From NCBI RefSeq assembly GCF_017876815.1, contig NZ_JAGIOS010000001.1, forward strand, positions 2,430,001 to 2,462,000: DNA of 32,000 bases. Reading direction: 5' to 3'. The notes under the pieces are model-generated. The model worked only from the letters and a program-made list of their open reading frames with translations, was not told where the DNA came from and did no database searches. Numbering within the stretch: the first letter of the stretch is position 1; each line of letters begins with the position of its first letter. Below, in pieces: positions 18,134 to 25,708 of the stretch. The stretch comes from Sinorhizobium meliloti. Lineage in GTDB: Bacteria; Pseudomonadota; Alphaproteobacteria; Rhizobiales; Rhizobiaceae. A program made the position numbers and the translations under genes.

Positions 18134-18952
18134 GTGAGCATTGCCGTTTCGGGTCCGATCGTGCTCGTCGGCGCCGGCAATATGGGCGGCGCCATGCTCG
18201 CGGGCTGGCTGAAAAGCGGAGTCCGTGGCAGCGACGTTCTCGTCATCGATCCGGGCCCGTCACCGGCGATGGCAAAGCTCCTGGCGGATAGCGGTGTGCA
18301 ACATGCGACCTCCGCTCCGGCGGGCGGTAAGGCGGGCGCGATCTTCCTCGCGGTCAAGCCGCAGGTGATGGAAACGGTGCTGCCACCCCTGAAAGGGCTC
18401 GTCGGTCCGCAAACCGTGATCGTTTCAGTGGCCGCCGGCAAGACGCTGGGTTTCATCGAGCGGCACCTGGGTGAGGCGGCGACGGTGCGCGCCATGCCGA
18501 ATACGCCGGCCATGATCGGACGCGGTGTGACCGGCGCCTTCGCGAATGCTCGCGTCAGCGAGGCCCAGCGCGCGCTGGTGCATGATCTGCTGAAGGTCAG
18601 CGGCCCGGTCGAATGGGTCGGGAGCGAAGCGGATATCGATGCCGTGACCGCCGTCTCCGGCAGCGGCCCGGCCTATGTCTTCTATCTCGTCGAGTGCATG
18701 GCGGAGGCCGGGCGCAAGGCCGGACTCGAGGCGGACCTAGCCATGCGTCTTGCTCGGGAAACCGTCGCGGGGGCTGGTGAACTCCTCCATCAGTCCCCCG
18801 ACGATGCAGCGCGCCTGCGGCAGAACGTCACTTCGCCCGGCGGTACCACGGCGGCTGCGCTGGCGGTATTGATGGCGGATGACGGCATGCAGCCGCTCTT
18901 CGACCGGGCCATTGCGGCGGCGCGCAAGCGCGCGGAAGAGCTGGCCGGGTAA
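18134..18952 (+). CDS. proC: Pyrroline-5-carboxylate reductase
   Basis: Track ORF 17972..18952. The start is most plausibly the in-frame GTG at 18134 (VSIAVSGPIVLVGAGNMGGAML, Rossmann GxGxxG), 6 nt after GGGGAGG. 272 aa; 'VTSPGGTTAAAL' is the ProC motif. Confidence 0.93.
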   Translation: MSIAVSGPIVLVGAGNMGGAMLAGWLKSGVRGSDVLVIDPGPSPAMAKLLADSGVQHATSAPAGGKAGAIFLAVKPQVMETVLPPLKGLVGPQTVIVSVAAGKTLGFIERHLGEAATVRAMPNTPAMIGRGVTGAFANARVSEAQRALVHDLLKVSGPVEWVGSEADIDAVTAVSGSGPAYVFYLVECMAEAGRKAGLEADLAMRLARETVAGAGELLHQSPDDAARLRQNVTSPGGTTAAALAVLMADDGMQPLFDRAIAAARKRAEELAG

Positions 18953-19059
18953 TTCCTGGCGAGACAGCGTGTCCCGCAATTCACTCTGAAGTTGTCGCAA
19001 TCGTTCACGCTTTTGGTCGTATGTCGAATCGGCCCATCGACGTGATCCGGGGAACATTC

Positions 19060-19401
19060 ATGACCGAAATCATTTCCTATGCCGATTTCGAGCGCGTCGA
19101 CATTCGTGTCGGTACAATCGTAGAGGCGGAGCCCTTTCCCGAGGCACGCAAGCCGGCAATCAAGCTCAAGATCGATTTCGGCCCTGACATCGGCATCAAG
19201 AAATCCTCCGCGCAAATCACGGTGCACTACAGGCCCGAGGAACTCGTCGGCAGGCAGGTTCTGGGTGTCGTCAATTTTCCGCCGCGCCAGATCGGCCCCG
19301 TTCGTTCCGAGGTGCTCACGCTCGGCTTCGAAGACGAGGCCGGCGCGATCGTGCTCGCATCCACCGACAAGCCGGTGCCGAACGGCAAGAAGTTGATGTG
19401 A
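19060..19401 (+). CDS. tRNA-binding protein (CsaA/Trbp111-like OB fold)
   Basis: Start at ATG 19060 (MTEIISYADFERVDIRVGTIVEAEPFPEARKPAIKLKIDFG...), the classic CsaA-type sequence. 113 aa. Confidence 0.87.
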   Translation: MTEIISYADFERVDIRVGTIVEAEPFPEARKPAIKLKIDFGPDIGIKKSSAQITVHYRPEELVGRQVLGVVNFPPRQIGPVRSEVLTLGFEDEAGAIVLASTDKPVPNGKKLM

Positions 19402-19413
19402 TCTTCCCCGTAT

Positions 19414-20838
19414 TTACGTCGGCACACGCACCGTCGCTCGCAGGCCGCCGAGGGGGCTGTCTGCGAGCGTGACATTGCCGCCATGGCTGCGGGCGATGTC
19501 GCGGGCAACGGCGAGGCCGAGGCCGGTGCCGGAACTGTCGAGATTGCGGGCCTCATCCAGGCGGAAGAACGGTTTGAACACGTCTTCGCGTGACCGTTCG
19601 GGAATGCCCGGTCCGTCGTCATCGACGGTGATGGTCAACCATTTCGCGCTCTGGCGCGCCTCGATGTGCACGGTGTTCGCATAGCGATAGGCGTTGGACG
19701 CGAGGTTGGAGACGAGCCGCGTGAAGGCGTTCGGCCTCACGTGAATTTCGTTCTCGCCCTGGATCGCGGTTGTCAGCGTCTTGCCATACAGCTCCGCCTC
19801 CGCCGCAAGCCTGGCCATCAGATCGCTGAGTTTCAGCCGGCCGACATCCTCTTCCGCGTCTCCTCGGGCGAAGGCGAGATAGCCTTCCAGCATGTTCTGC
19901 ATATCCTCAACGTCCTGGTTGAGGCTTTCGAGGTCCGGATTGTTGCCCACAAGTGCCAGCTGCAGCTTGAACCGGGTCAGGATCGTCCTCAAGTCGTGGC
20001 TGACGCCGGTCAGCATCGCGGTGCGCTGTTCGATCTGGCGCTCGATCCGCTCGCGCATCAGGATGAAGGCGAGACCGGCCCGCCGGATTTCATTGGCACC
20101 CCGCGGTGCGAAATCGTCGATCTTCTGTCCCTTGCCGAAGCTCTCCGCTGCGCTTGCCAGCGCCAGGATCGGCCTGATCTGCCCGCGCAGGAAGAGAATC
20201 GCGATCGTCAGCAAGACGAGCGATGCGCCGACCATCCAGACGAGAAAGATGTGTGTGTTCGATGCATAGGCCTGATTGCGGCGGGCATAGACCCTGAGAA
20301 TGCGGTCGTCTTCAAGCTTGATGCGGATTTCCACGATCTTCGAATTGCCGACGGTATCGATCCAGAAGGGACGCCGGATCTGGTCCGAAATCTCCTCGCT
20401 GAGGATCTGGTCGAGGATTTCGAAGAAGGGCTTGGGACGCGGCGGCGGCAGCTCTCCGCCCGGCTCGACGGTTATGTTGAGGTCGAGCTGATCGCGGGCG
20501 ATGCGGACGATCTGGTCGATATCGCCCTCGCGCGGGAAGGTCGTGATCAGGTCGACGATGGCGGCGATGTCGTTGGTCACCGCCGAGGAGAGGCGCTGGG
20601 TGACGAGTTGCCAGTGCCGCTCCATGAACACGAAGGCGACCACGGACTGTAGCAGCACCATCGGGATGACGACGATCAGAATCGAGCGCGCGTAAAGACC
20701 CATCGGCAGCCGGCGCCGCAGCCAGCGGACCACGCGCTTCCAGCCGCCGTCCGCGGGTGTCGTTCCTTCGCGCTTCAAACCGTCAAAGCTTGCCATGGCC
20801 CTTGATCCGGCCCTCGTTTCTGGCCCATCGTCAGTCAA
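19414..20838 (-). CDS. EnvZ-type sensor histidine kinase (2 TM, HAMP, HisKA, HATPase_c)
   Basis: H-box 'VSHDLRTILTRF', N-box 'LASNAYRYA', G-boxes 'DDDGPGIP' and 'GTGLGLAVARDIARSHGG'. The track start at 20838 is a TTG overlapping the response-regulator stop by 8 nt; the alternative ATG is at 20796. Confidence 0.9.
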   Translation of the reverse strand: MTDDGPETRAGSRAMASFDGLKREGTTPADGGWKRVVRWLRRRLPMGLYARSILIVVIPMVLLQSVVAFVFMERHWQLVTQRLSSAVTNDIAAIVDLITTFPREGDIDQIVRIARDQLDLNITVEPGGELPPPRPKPFFEILDQILSEEISDQIRRPFWIDTVGNSKIVEIRIKLEDDRILRVYARRNQAYASNTHIFLVWMVGASLVLLTIAILFLRGQIRPILALASAAESFGKGQKIDDFAPRGANEIRRAGLAFILMRERIERQIEQRTAMLTGVSHDLRTILTRFKLQLALVGNNPDLESLNQDVEDMQNMLEGYLAFARGDAEEDVGRLKLSDLMARLAAEAELYGKTLTTAIQGENEIHVRPNAFTRLVSNLASNAYRYANTVHIEARQSAKWLTITVDDDGPGIPERSREDVFKPFFRLDEARNLDSSGTGLGLAVARDIARSHGGNVTLADSPLGGLRATVRVPT

Positions 20839-21535
20839 CGCTCAGCCGGTAACCGATGCCGCGAACGGTCTGCAGCCATACGGGGTTGGAAGGATCGTCC
20901 TCGATTTTACGCCTTAGCCGGTTTATCTGCACGTCGATCGTGCGCTCGCCGACCTCGGCGTCGTCGCCGATCAGCTCGTGGCGCGGAATGGTTTCGCCGG
21001 CGCGCTGCGAAAACAGCGTCATGATCTCCTGCTCACGGTCGGTGAGGCGAATATGGTCGGCCCCGCGGCGCAGTTCCTTGCGCACTACCGAGAAGGTGTA
21101 GGGCCCGAAAATAACCTGATCGACCTTGTGTGTCTGTGTCGGCTGGTTGCGGCGCAGGATGTTGTTGATGCGGAGCACGAGTTCGCGCGGCTCGAAAGGC
21201 TTCGGCAGGTAGTCGTCGGCGCCCGCCTCCAGCCCTTCGATGCGCGAATTCGCCTCCGCCAGGGCCGTCAGCATGATGATCGGCACGGACTTGATCTGCC
21301 TGAGACTTTGCGTCAGAGCGATGCCGCTTTCCCCCGGCATCATCACGTCGACGACCAGAAGATCGAAATCGATGCCTATCAGCTTTCGCCGGGCCTCGTC
21401 GGCATCGGCTGCCGTCGTTACGCGAAATCCCTGTTCGACCAGATAGCGGTTGAGCAGGTCGCGGATGCGCCGGTCATCGTCGACGACCAGAAGATGCGCC
21501 GCATCGTCGGAGACTGTCGCCTTTGCTATCATCAT
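20831..21535 (-). CDS. OmpR-family response regulator (PetR/CenR-like)
   Basis: 234 aa. Receiver 'HLLVVDDDRRIRDLL...DLLVVDVMMPGESG...LTA...DDYLPKPFEPREL' plus a winged-helix C-terminus '...VQINRLRRKIEDDPSNPVWLQTVRGIGYRL'. Confidence 0.93.
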   Translation of the reverse strand: MMIAKATVSDDAAHLLVVDDDRRIRDLLNRYLVEQGFRVTTAADADEARRKLIGIDFDLLVVDVMMPGESGIALTQSLRQIKSVPIIMLTALAEANSRIEGLEAGADDYLPKPFEPRELVLRINNILRRNQPTQTHKVDQVIFGPYTFSVVRKELRRGADHIRLTDREQEIMTLFSQRAGETIPRHELIGDDAEVGERTIDVQINRLRRKIEDDPSNPVWLQTVRGIGYRLSVD

Positions 21536-21835
21536 TCGGTACCCTCATTGCCGGTCAAGCCGGAAAGGCTGCGCCAAAAATGCCGGAGACCGTGCAGCAC
21601 ATGCGCCGCGGTCACCCATTCTCATTCAAGGGGCTACCCGTTTTGCCACGAACGACGAGCCGACGTCCAATCAGACGCGCACAGGTCGCGTAACATTTTG
21701 AATCGTTGTGTGACTCTCGGGCGCCTTCCCTGCAGTGCCGCACGTCCGGCGGACGCGCAATGGCCGCTGTAGCACTTAAGCCGCTGCATGTTTTTCTCCT
21801 TCAATGGGCGAGGATCAAACGAAACATGCAGTGGA

Positions 21836-22351
21836 TCAGCCCGCAACGTCATTCATCATATTGGCGAGAAACCGCTTCACGGTTTCCCGCGCACCCGGTC
21901 CGGCCTTTGCCAATGCATCGGCTATGCGGCGGGACTGTGGCTCGGCAAGCGCCCGCGCCAGGGCCTGGCCGTCCGGTGTCGTGTAGAGCATGCGCTGCCG
22001 CCGGTCTTCGGGACCGGTCACCTGCCGGATATAGCCGGAATCGATCAACTGCTTGAGGACGCGGGCAAGGCTCTGCTTGGTGATCTTCAGCGTTTCAAGA
22101 AGATCCGCGACCGTCATGCCGGGTTCGCGGTTGACGAAATGCACGACGCGATGATGCGCGCGGCCGAATCCGCTCTTCTCGAGAATGGCGTCCGGGTCGC
22201 CGGTGAAGTCGCGATAGGCAAAGAAAAGCAGCTCGATGATCTCGAAATCTATCGTGTCCACATCTTCGCCAGCGCTGTCGCTTATGCTCTTGTCCCTGAT
22301 CTGGCCGACCACGCGGTCATATCCTTTCAATCGAAATGCCGTTCGAAACAT
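21836..22351 (-). CDS. MarR-family transcriptional regulator (PetP-like position upstream of the response regulator)
   Basis: The winged-helix core 'MTVADLLETLKITKQSLARVLKQLIDSGYIRQVTGPEDRRQRMLYTTPDG' is MarR-like. I prefer ATG 22351 (171 aa) to the track start 22402, because the extra 17 codons are AT-rich and contain a perfect operator-like palindrome. Confidence 0.85.
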   Translation of the reverse strand: MFRTAFRLKGYDRVVGQIRDKSISDSAGEDVDTIDFEIIELLFFAYRDFTGDPDAILEKSGFGRAHHRVVHFVNREPGMTVADLLETLKITKQSLARVLKQLIDSGYIRQVTGPEDRRQRMLYTTPDGQALARALAEPQSRRIADALAKAGPGARETVKRFLANMMNDVAG

Positions 22352-22359
22352 ACCGCAAT

Positions 22360-22382
22360 ATATGTCAGTTTGGTTGACATAT
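22360..22382. promoter_or_regulatory. Perfect inverted repeat ATATGTCA-N7-TGACATAT; candidate MarR operator
   Basis: 8-bp arms at 22360..22367 and 22375..22382, 9 nt upstream of ATG 22351, in a locally AT-rich stretch. On the minus strand a TATATT (-10-like) overlaps its proximal arm. Confidence 0.5.
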
Positions 22383-22453
22383 TTCCATCGAGTCGCAGGC
22401 ATCCAGATCGAAGACGTGCAAATTTACGCATATCGCGCCTCGGCGATACGCAG

Positions 22454-22477
22454 AAAAGGCGGCCGCAGCCGCCTTTT
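22454..22477 (-). terminator. Rho-independent terminator after the small glycine-rich membrane protein gene (symmetric, bidirectional form)
   Basis: AAAAGGCGGC-cgca-GCCGCCTTTT: a 10-bp GC-rich stem flanked by A/T runs, 28 nt past the stop at 22505. Confidence 0.7.
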
Positions 22478-22504
22478 GCCTTGCGATGGATGTCGCCTGA
22501 AGGC

Positions 22505-22771
22505 TCACGCCTGCTTGCCGACGAACTGCCCGACAATGCCGTTGAGAACGCCGCCGCCGATGAGGGCGCCGATGGCCTGCATGGCCAGACCGGTCGCGGC
22601 GGCCTCTCCGCCAAGCATCTGGATCAGGAACCCGCCGCCGAGGCCGCCGATGGCTCCGACGATCGTGCGTGCCACGACTCCGAATGCCTGCTGCTTCAGC
22701 ATGGCGCTGGCCGCGTTTCCGCCAGCTGCCCCCGCAATCAACTGGGTAATGATAGGCACTAATGCTTCCAT
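22505..22771 (-). CDS. Small glycine-zipper-rich membrane protein (hypothetical, 88 aa)
   Basis: Only the C-terminal 88 aa of track ORF 22505..23155 look real. ATG 22771 is preceded by GGAGGG. MEALVPIITQLIAGAAGGNAASAML...GAIGGLGGGFLIQMLGG...GALIGGGVLNGIVGQFVGKQA shows repeated GxxxG-type segments. Confidence 0.7.
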   Translation of the reverse strand: MEALVPIITQLIAGAAGGNAASAMLKQQAFGVVARTIVGAIGGLGGGFLIQMLGGEAAATGLAMQAIGALIGGGVLNGIVGQFVGKQA

Positions 22772-22960
22772 CGATCCCTCCGTCCTGCGACCCCTCATCC
22801 AGAGCCGCGACATACCGGACAACCCGGCACGGGAAGGTTGAAGCCGAAGGGGAGATTTGTCAATTTTGCCACCACTGGTGTCGGCCACAGGTGACGATCC
22901 GGAAGCGGGGCTGGGGGATAGTCGTTTGAGTTGTTTCGGGAATTCGTTTCGGGGCGCGCG

Positions 22961-23003
22961 AGAGGGCACGAGGAGCCGCAAAGCCACACCACTCGTGCCC
23001 TCT
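22961..23003. repeat. Perfect 12-bp-stem hairpin in the intergenic spacer
   Basis: AGAGGGCACGAG-19 nt-CTCGTGCCCTCT. Confidence 0.6.
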
Positions 23004-23035
23004 ACTCTCGACGCGTTTTGGACGGGTGATTCGCC

Positions 23036-23069
23036 GTGACGCAGCGTTTTGCAATTGACGCTGCGCCAC
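23036..23069. repeat. 12-bp-stem hairpin (one mismatch) directly downstream of the SH3b/DUF1236 gene; possible terminator
   Basis: GTGACGCAGCGT-tttgcaattg-ACGCTGCGCCAC. On the plus strand it is followed by catgccTTTTcccTTTTcg; on the minus strand there is no U-tract. Confidence 0.5.
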
Positions 23070-23096
23070 CATGCCTTTTCCCTTTTCGCCTGACGC

Positions 23097-23729
23097 TCAG
23101 CGATAGACGTAGACGACCCTTCTTGTGCCCGGATCGACAAGGACGGGCTGCCCATTGATGGTCACGTACTGATACTCGTAATCAGGAATGGGCTGGACGG
23201 CCACCGTGTTCGGCAGCGTGGCACCGACCACGGCTTCGCCCTCTACATAGACGGTGTCGACCGGATTCTCGGTGATATAGGTGCGCACCGTGGGAGGCGG
23301 AGTCACCGCTTCGACCTCCTCGACCGGACCCACCAGTTCGAGCGGTTCGGACGGCGCCACCACGGTCTCGCCCTCATAGGCGACCGTAGGGACCGAGAGT
23401 TCCGTGCGGCGCTCCTGGATAATGGCGGTCGTGCCGCCCATGTCCGTCGCCAGGTAACGGGCGTAAGCCCAGCCGCGCAGGCCGTTGACGTCTATGCGGC
23501 ACCAGTTGCTTCCCTCCATGCAGCCATCGAGCACGGCAGCGCTGCCGCGTGTGGCGACGCCGACCGCAGGGTATTGGGGGCCCGGTCCGGCACGCACATT
23601 AAGGTCCGTCAGCGTCGTTGCGCTCATTTCGGCATAGGCTGCGGGAATGGCGGCGAGCATCGCACCGGCTGCCAAAGCCGCTCTGAGCGAGGCCGCTTTG
23701 AACAGAGTCGGAGAGAGAGTCTTCATCAT
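23097..23729 (-). CDS. Secreted SH3b-domain + DUF1236-domain protein
   Basis: Signal peptide MMKTLSPTLFKAASLRAALAAGAMLAAIPAAYA. SH3b region 'LNVRAGPGPQYPAVGVATRGSAAVLDGC...WCRIDVNGLRGWAYARYL'. DUF1236-like C-terminus 'YEYQYVTINGQPVLVDPGTRRVVYVY'. Strong SD AGAGGAG. Confidence 0.85.
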   Translation of the reverse strand: MMKTLSPTLFKAASLRAALAAGAMLAAIPAAYAEMSATTLTDLNVRAGPGPQYPAVGVATRGSAAVLDGCMEGSNWCRIDVNGLRGWAYARYLATDMGGTTAIIQERRTELSVPTVAYEGETVVAPSEPLELVGPVEEVEAVTPPPTVRTYITENPVDTVYVEGEAVVGATLPNTVAVQPIPDYEYQYVTINGQPVLVDPGTRRVVYVYR

Positions 23730-23946
23730 CTTGCTCCTCTTTCATTTGCAGGCCAGAACGCGCCGCGCCTCAGGGATGTTCCCCCCGTGACATCACGAAA
23801 TGTGAGGATGAAACATATTGCCGTCGTCAAGCGTTGCCCGGGCTGACGGAAGCTGACGAAGTCTTCCCTATATTGTTCGCCGGCAATGCGCGGCCGATTT
23901 ATCGATTTCTGCCCGACACAGGCTGGCTCCAGCCGGGAGTGACGAG

Positions 23947-24102
23947 ATGCAAGGTGAGTTATCGGACGATGCCAAGCTTGCTGCCAAGCGGTTGCGTCCG
24001 CTGGTGGTGGTCGTCGTGACAGCGAAGCTCGTGGTTTCGGTGCTGCTGCTCGCGACGGTGCAATATTCGCCGCCGGCTTCGGAAATCGTGGCACTGCGCT
24101 GA
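23947..24102 (+). CDS. Candidate unannotated small membrane protein (51 aa)
   Basis: ATG 23947 is preceded by GGGAG at -13..-9. MQGELSDDAKLAAKRLRPLVVVVVTAKLVVSVLLLATVQYSPPASEIVALR has one hydrophobic span, and third-codon positions are mostly G/C (37 of 51 by my count). It is below the 60-aa cutoff of the ORF track. Confidence 0.3.
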   Translation: MQGELSDDAKLAAKRLRPLVVVVVTAKLVVSVLLLATVQYSPPASEIVALR

Positions 24103-24211
24103 TTTGCGCTGTCATACCGCTCGCTTATCGCTATAGCTGGGAAAACGGCCTGGATCGGGAAGGGCTTCTCACTTCCAGGCCACCTCACGAGCAAGAGCGA
24201 GGCATGGTCCG

Positions 24212-24853
24212 ATGTTACAGGCAGGCATTATCCCGGTAACGCATTTCGAGCAGAACTGTACGGTCCTGTTCGATAGCGAGACCAAGGAAGGCGTGGTCGT
24301 CGATCCCGGCGGCGACGTCGACATCATCCTGCAGACGATCCGCGAAAACGGCATCGCGTTGAAGGCTATCTGGCTCACACACGGCCATATCGATCACGCC
24401 GGCGGCGCCAAGGAATTGAAAGAAGCACTGGGGCTCGACATTGTCGGACCCCACAAGGACGACCTGCCGCTGCTCGAACGGCTGGAGGATCAGGCGGAGC
24501 GCTTCGGCCTCGCGATGAAGGTTCAGAACGTCGTGCCGGACCGCTGGCTTGAAGAGGGCGATACCGTCTCCTTCGGCGACCACGTTTTCGAGGTCTTGCA
24601 TTGCCCCGGCCATGCGCCCGGTCATGTGGTCTATTTCAACCGGGCACAAAATTTCGCCCATGTCGGCGACGTGCTTTTTCACGGCTCAATCGGCCGTACC
24701 GACCTGCCGGGCGGCAATCATCAGCAGCTTCTGGATTCGATCCGGGACAAGATACTGCCACTCGGGGACAATGTGGGCTTCATCTGCGGCCACGGCCCGG
24801 GCGGGCAGATCGGCGAAGAGCGGCGCACCAATCCGTTTCTGCGCGGTCTTTGA
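24212..24853 (+). CDS. MBL-fold metallo-hydrolase (glyoxalase II / hydroxyacylglutathione-hydrolase-like)
   Basis: 213 aa with the 'WLTHGHIDHAGG' HxHxDH motif and downstream 'HCPGHAPGH' and 'GDVLF.GSIGRTD'. Confidence 0.9.
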   Translation: MLQAGIIPVTHFEQNCTVLFDSETKEGVVVDPGGDVDIILQTIRENGIALKAIWLTHGHIDHAGGAKELKEALGLDIVGPHKDDLPLLERLEDQAERFGLAMKVQNVVPDRWLEEGDTVSFGDHVFEVLHCPGHAPGHVVYFNRAQNFAHVGDVLFHGSIGRTDLPGGNHQQLLDSIRDKILPLGDNVGFICGHGPGGQIGEERRTNPFLRGL

Positions 24854-24868
24854 CCGGTGCGAAAATGA

Positions 24869-24903
24869 AAAGGGCGCATGACTTCTCCAGTCATGCGCCC
24901 TTT
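24869..24903. terminator. Bidirectional rho-independent terminator between the convergent MBL and BA14K genes
   Basis: AAAGGGCGCATGAC-ttctcca-GTCATGCGCCCTTT (14-bp perfect stem). The minus strand continues TTTTCATTTTC; the plus-strand stem ends in TTT. Confidence 0.8.
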
Positions 24904-24923
24904 CGGTTCGTACGCGGCGGCTT

Positions 24924-25349
24924 TCAGCCGGCGTTGCAGAAATGGCTGCGGCCGTCATAGCCGACGAAGGTTCCGCTGTCCGGATTGAACGAGCGATAGC
25001 GCTGCGAACAATAGCGATACCAAGCCGGTGTCCAGGGCTCGAGGCCGTAGGTCTCGACCGCCACCGGACGATAGACGGGCCGATAAACCGGGCGCGGACG
25101 ATAGACGGGGCGGGGCTCGTAATAGTCGGGCTCCGGATCGATATAGACCCGCTCGCCGTAATAGCGCGGCGGCGGCGGCGAGGCGATCGCGCTACCGATG
25201 AGCGCGCCCGCGGCCAAGCCAACTGCGCCCGCTACCCATGCATCGTCGTTATTGCGATGGCGGTGCCCTGCCTGGGCGGTGCCGAAGGTCGGGATAACGA
25301 TGGCGGCCGCGGCGACCGACAGGACGGCTGCTTTGATGAATTTGTTCAT
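24924..25349 (-). CDS. BA14K-family secreted protein
   Basis: Start moved to ATG 25349 (MNKFIKAAVLSVAAAAIVIPTFGTAQA signal peptide). The Pro/Tyr/Arg-rich middle and C-terminal 'WYRYCSQRYRSFNPDSGTFVGYDGRSHFC' form the BA14K motif. Confidence 0.85.
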   Translation of the reverse strand: MNKFIKAAVLSVAAAAIVIPTFGTAQAGHRHRNNDDAWVAGAVGLAAGALIGSAIASPPPPRYYGERVYIDPEPDYYEPRPVYRPRPVYRPVYRPVAVETYGLEPWTPAWYRYCSQRYRSFNPDSGTFVGYDGRSHFCNAG

Positions 25350-25438
25350 GGGCTTCAATCCTATGCATGCGACCGGATGGTTTCCGGATTTCATGATGAA
25401 CAAAGTCTATATAAGCCAAACTGAACGGAGCCTGAACG

Positions 25439-25462
25439 AAAAAACCCGGCAAAACTGCCGGG
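25439..25462 (-). terminator. Rho-independent terminator of cspA
   Basis: Minus strand: CCCGGC-agtttt-GCCGGG followed by TTTTTTCG, 31 nt after the cspA stop. Confidence 0.8.
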
Positions 25463-25492
25463 CTCGAACTTAACTTTCAGCAGAGAACAGCG

Positions 25493-25708
25493 TTAGCCGA
25501 CGATCTGCAGGTTGACCGCCTTCGGTCCCTTGCCGCGGCGATCCGGCTCGGTGTCGAAGGACACCTTCTGGTTTTCCGTGAGACCGCTCAGGCCCGAGGC
25601 CTGCACGGCAGAAATATGAACGAAGATGTCCGCGCCACCGTTTTCAGGCTTGATGAAGCCAAAGCCCTTGTCTGTGTTGAAGAATTTTACAGTGCCAGTC
25701 TCGGCCAT
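25493..25708 (-). CDS. cspA: Cold-shock protein (CspA family, CSD)
   Basis: 71 aa, MAETGTVKFFNTDKGFGFIKPENGGADIFVHISAV... with the RNP1/RNP2 motifs KGFGFI and DIFVH. Confidence 0.96.
   Translation of the reverse strand: MAETGTVKFFNTDKGFGFIKPENGGADIFVHISAVQASGLSGLTENQKVSFDTEPDRRGKGPKAVNLQIVG

Noticed and set aside
21634-21852. 72-aa minus-strand ORF in the MarR/response-regulator spacer.
   Set aside because: It has no SD, overlaps the MarR stop, and its Arg/Cys/Ser-rich translation has no family resemblance. The 300-bp spacer more likely carries the response-regulator promoter.
17321-22893. Shared 9-mer CACCTGTGG at 17321..17329 and, as its reverse complement, at 22885..22893, considered as a common regulatory motif.
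   Set aside because: There are only two occurrences of a 9-mer in 64 kb of two-strand sequence, found post hoc. This is compatible with chance.
22772-23155. N-terminal 128 aa of the 216-aa ORF 22505..23155.
   Set aside because: The sequence is Ser/Arg/Pro-rich and runs through two long hairpins and across the stop of the SH3b gene. A good SD and ATG at 22771 start the glycine-rich part, so only 22505..22771 is called.
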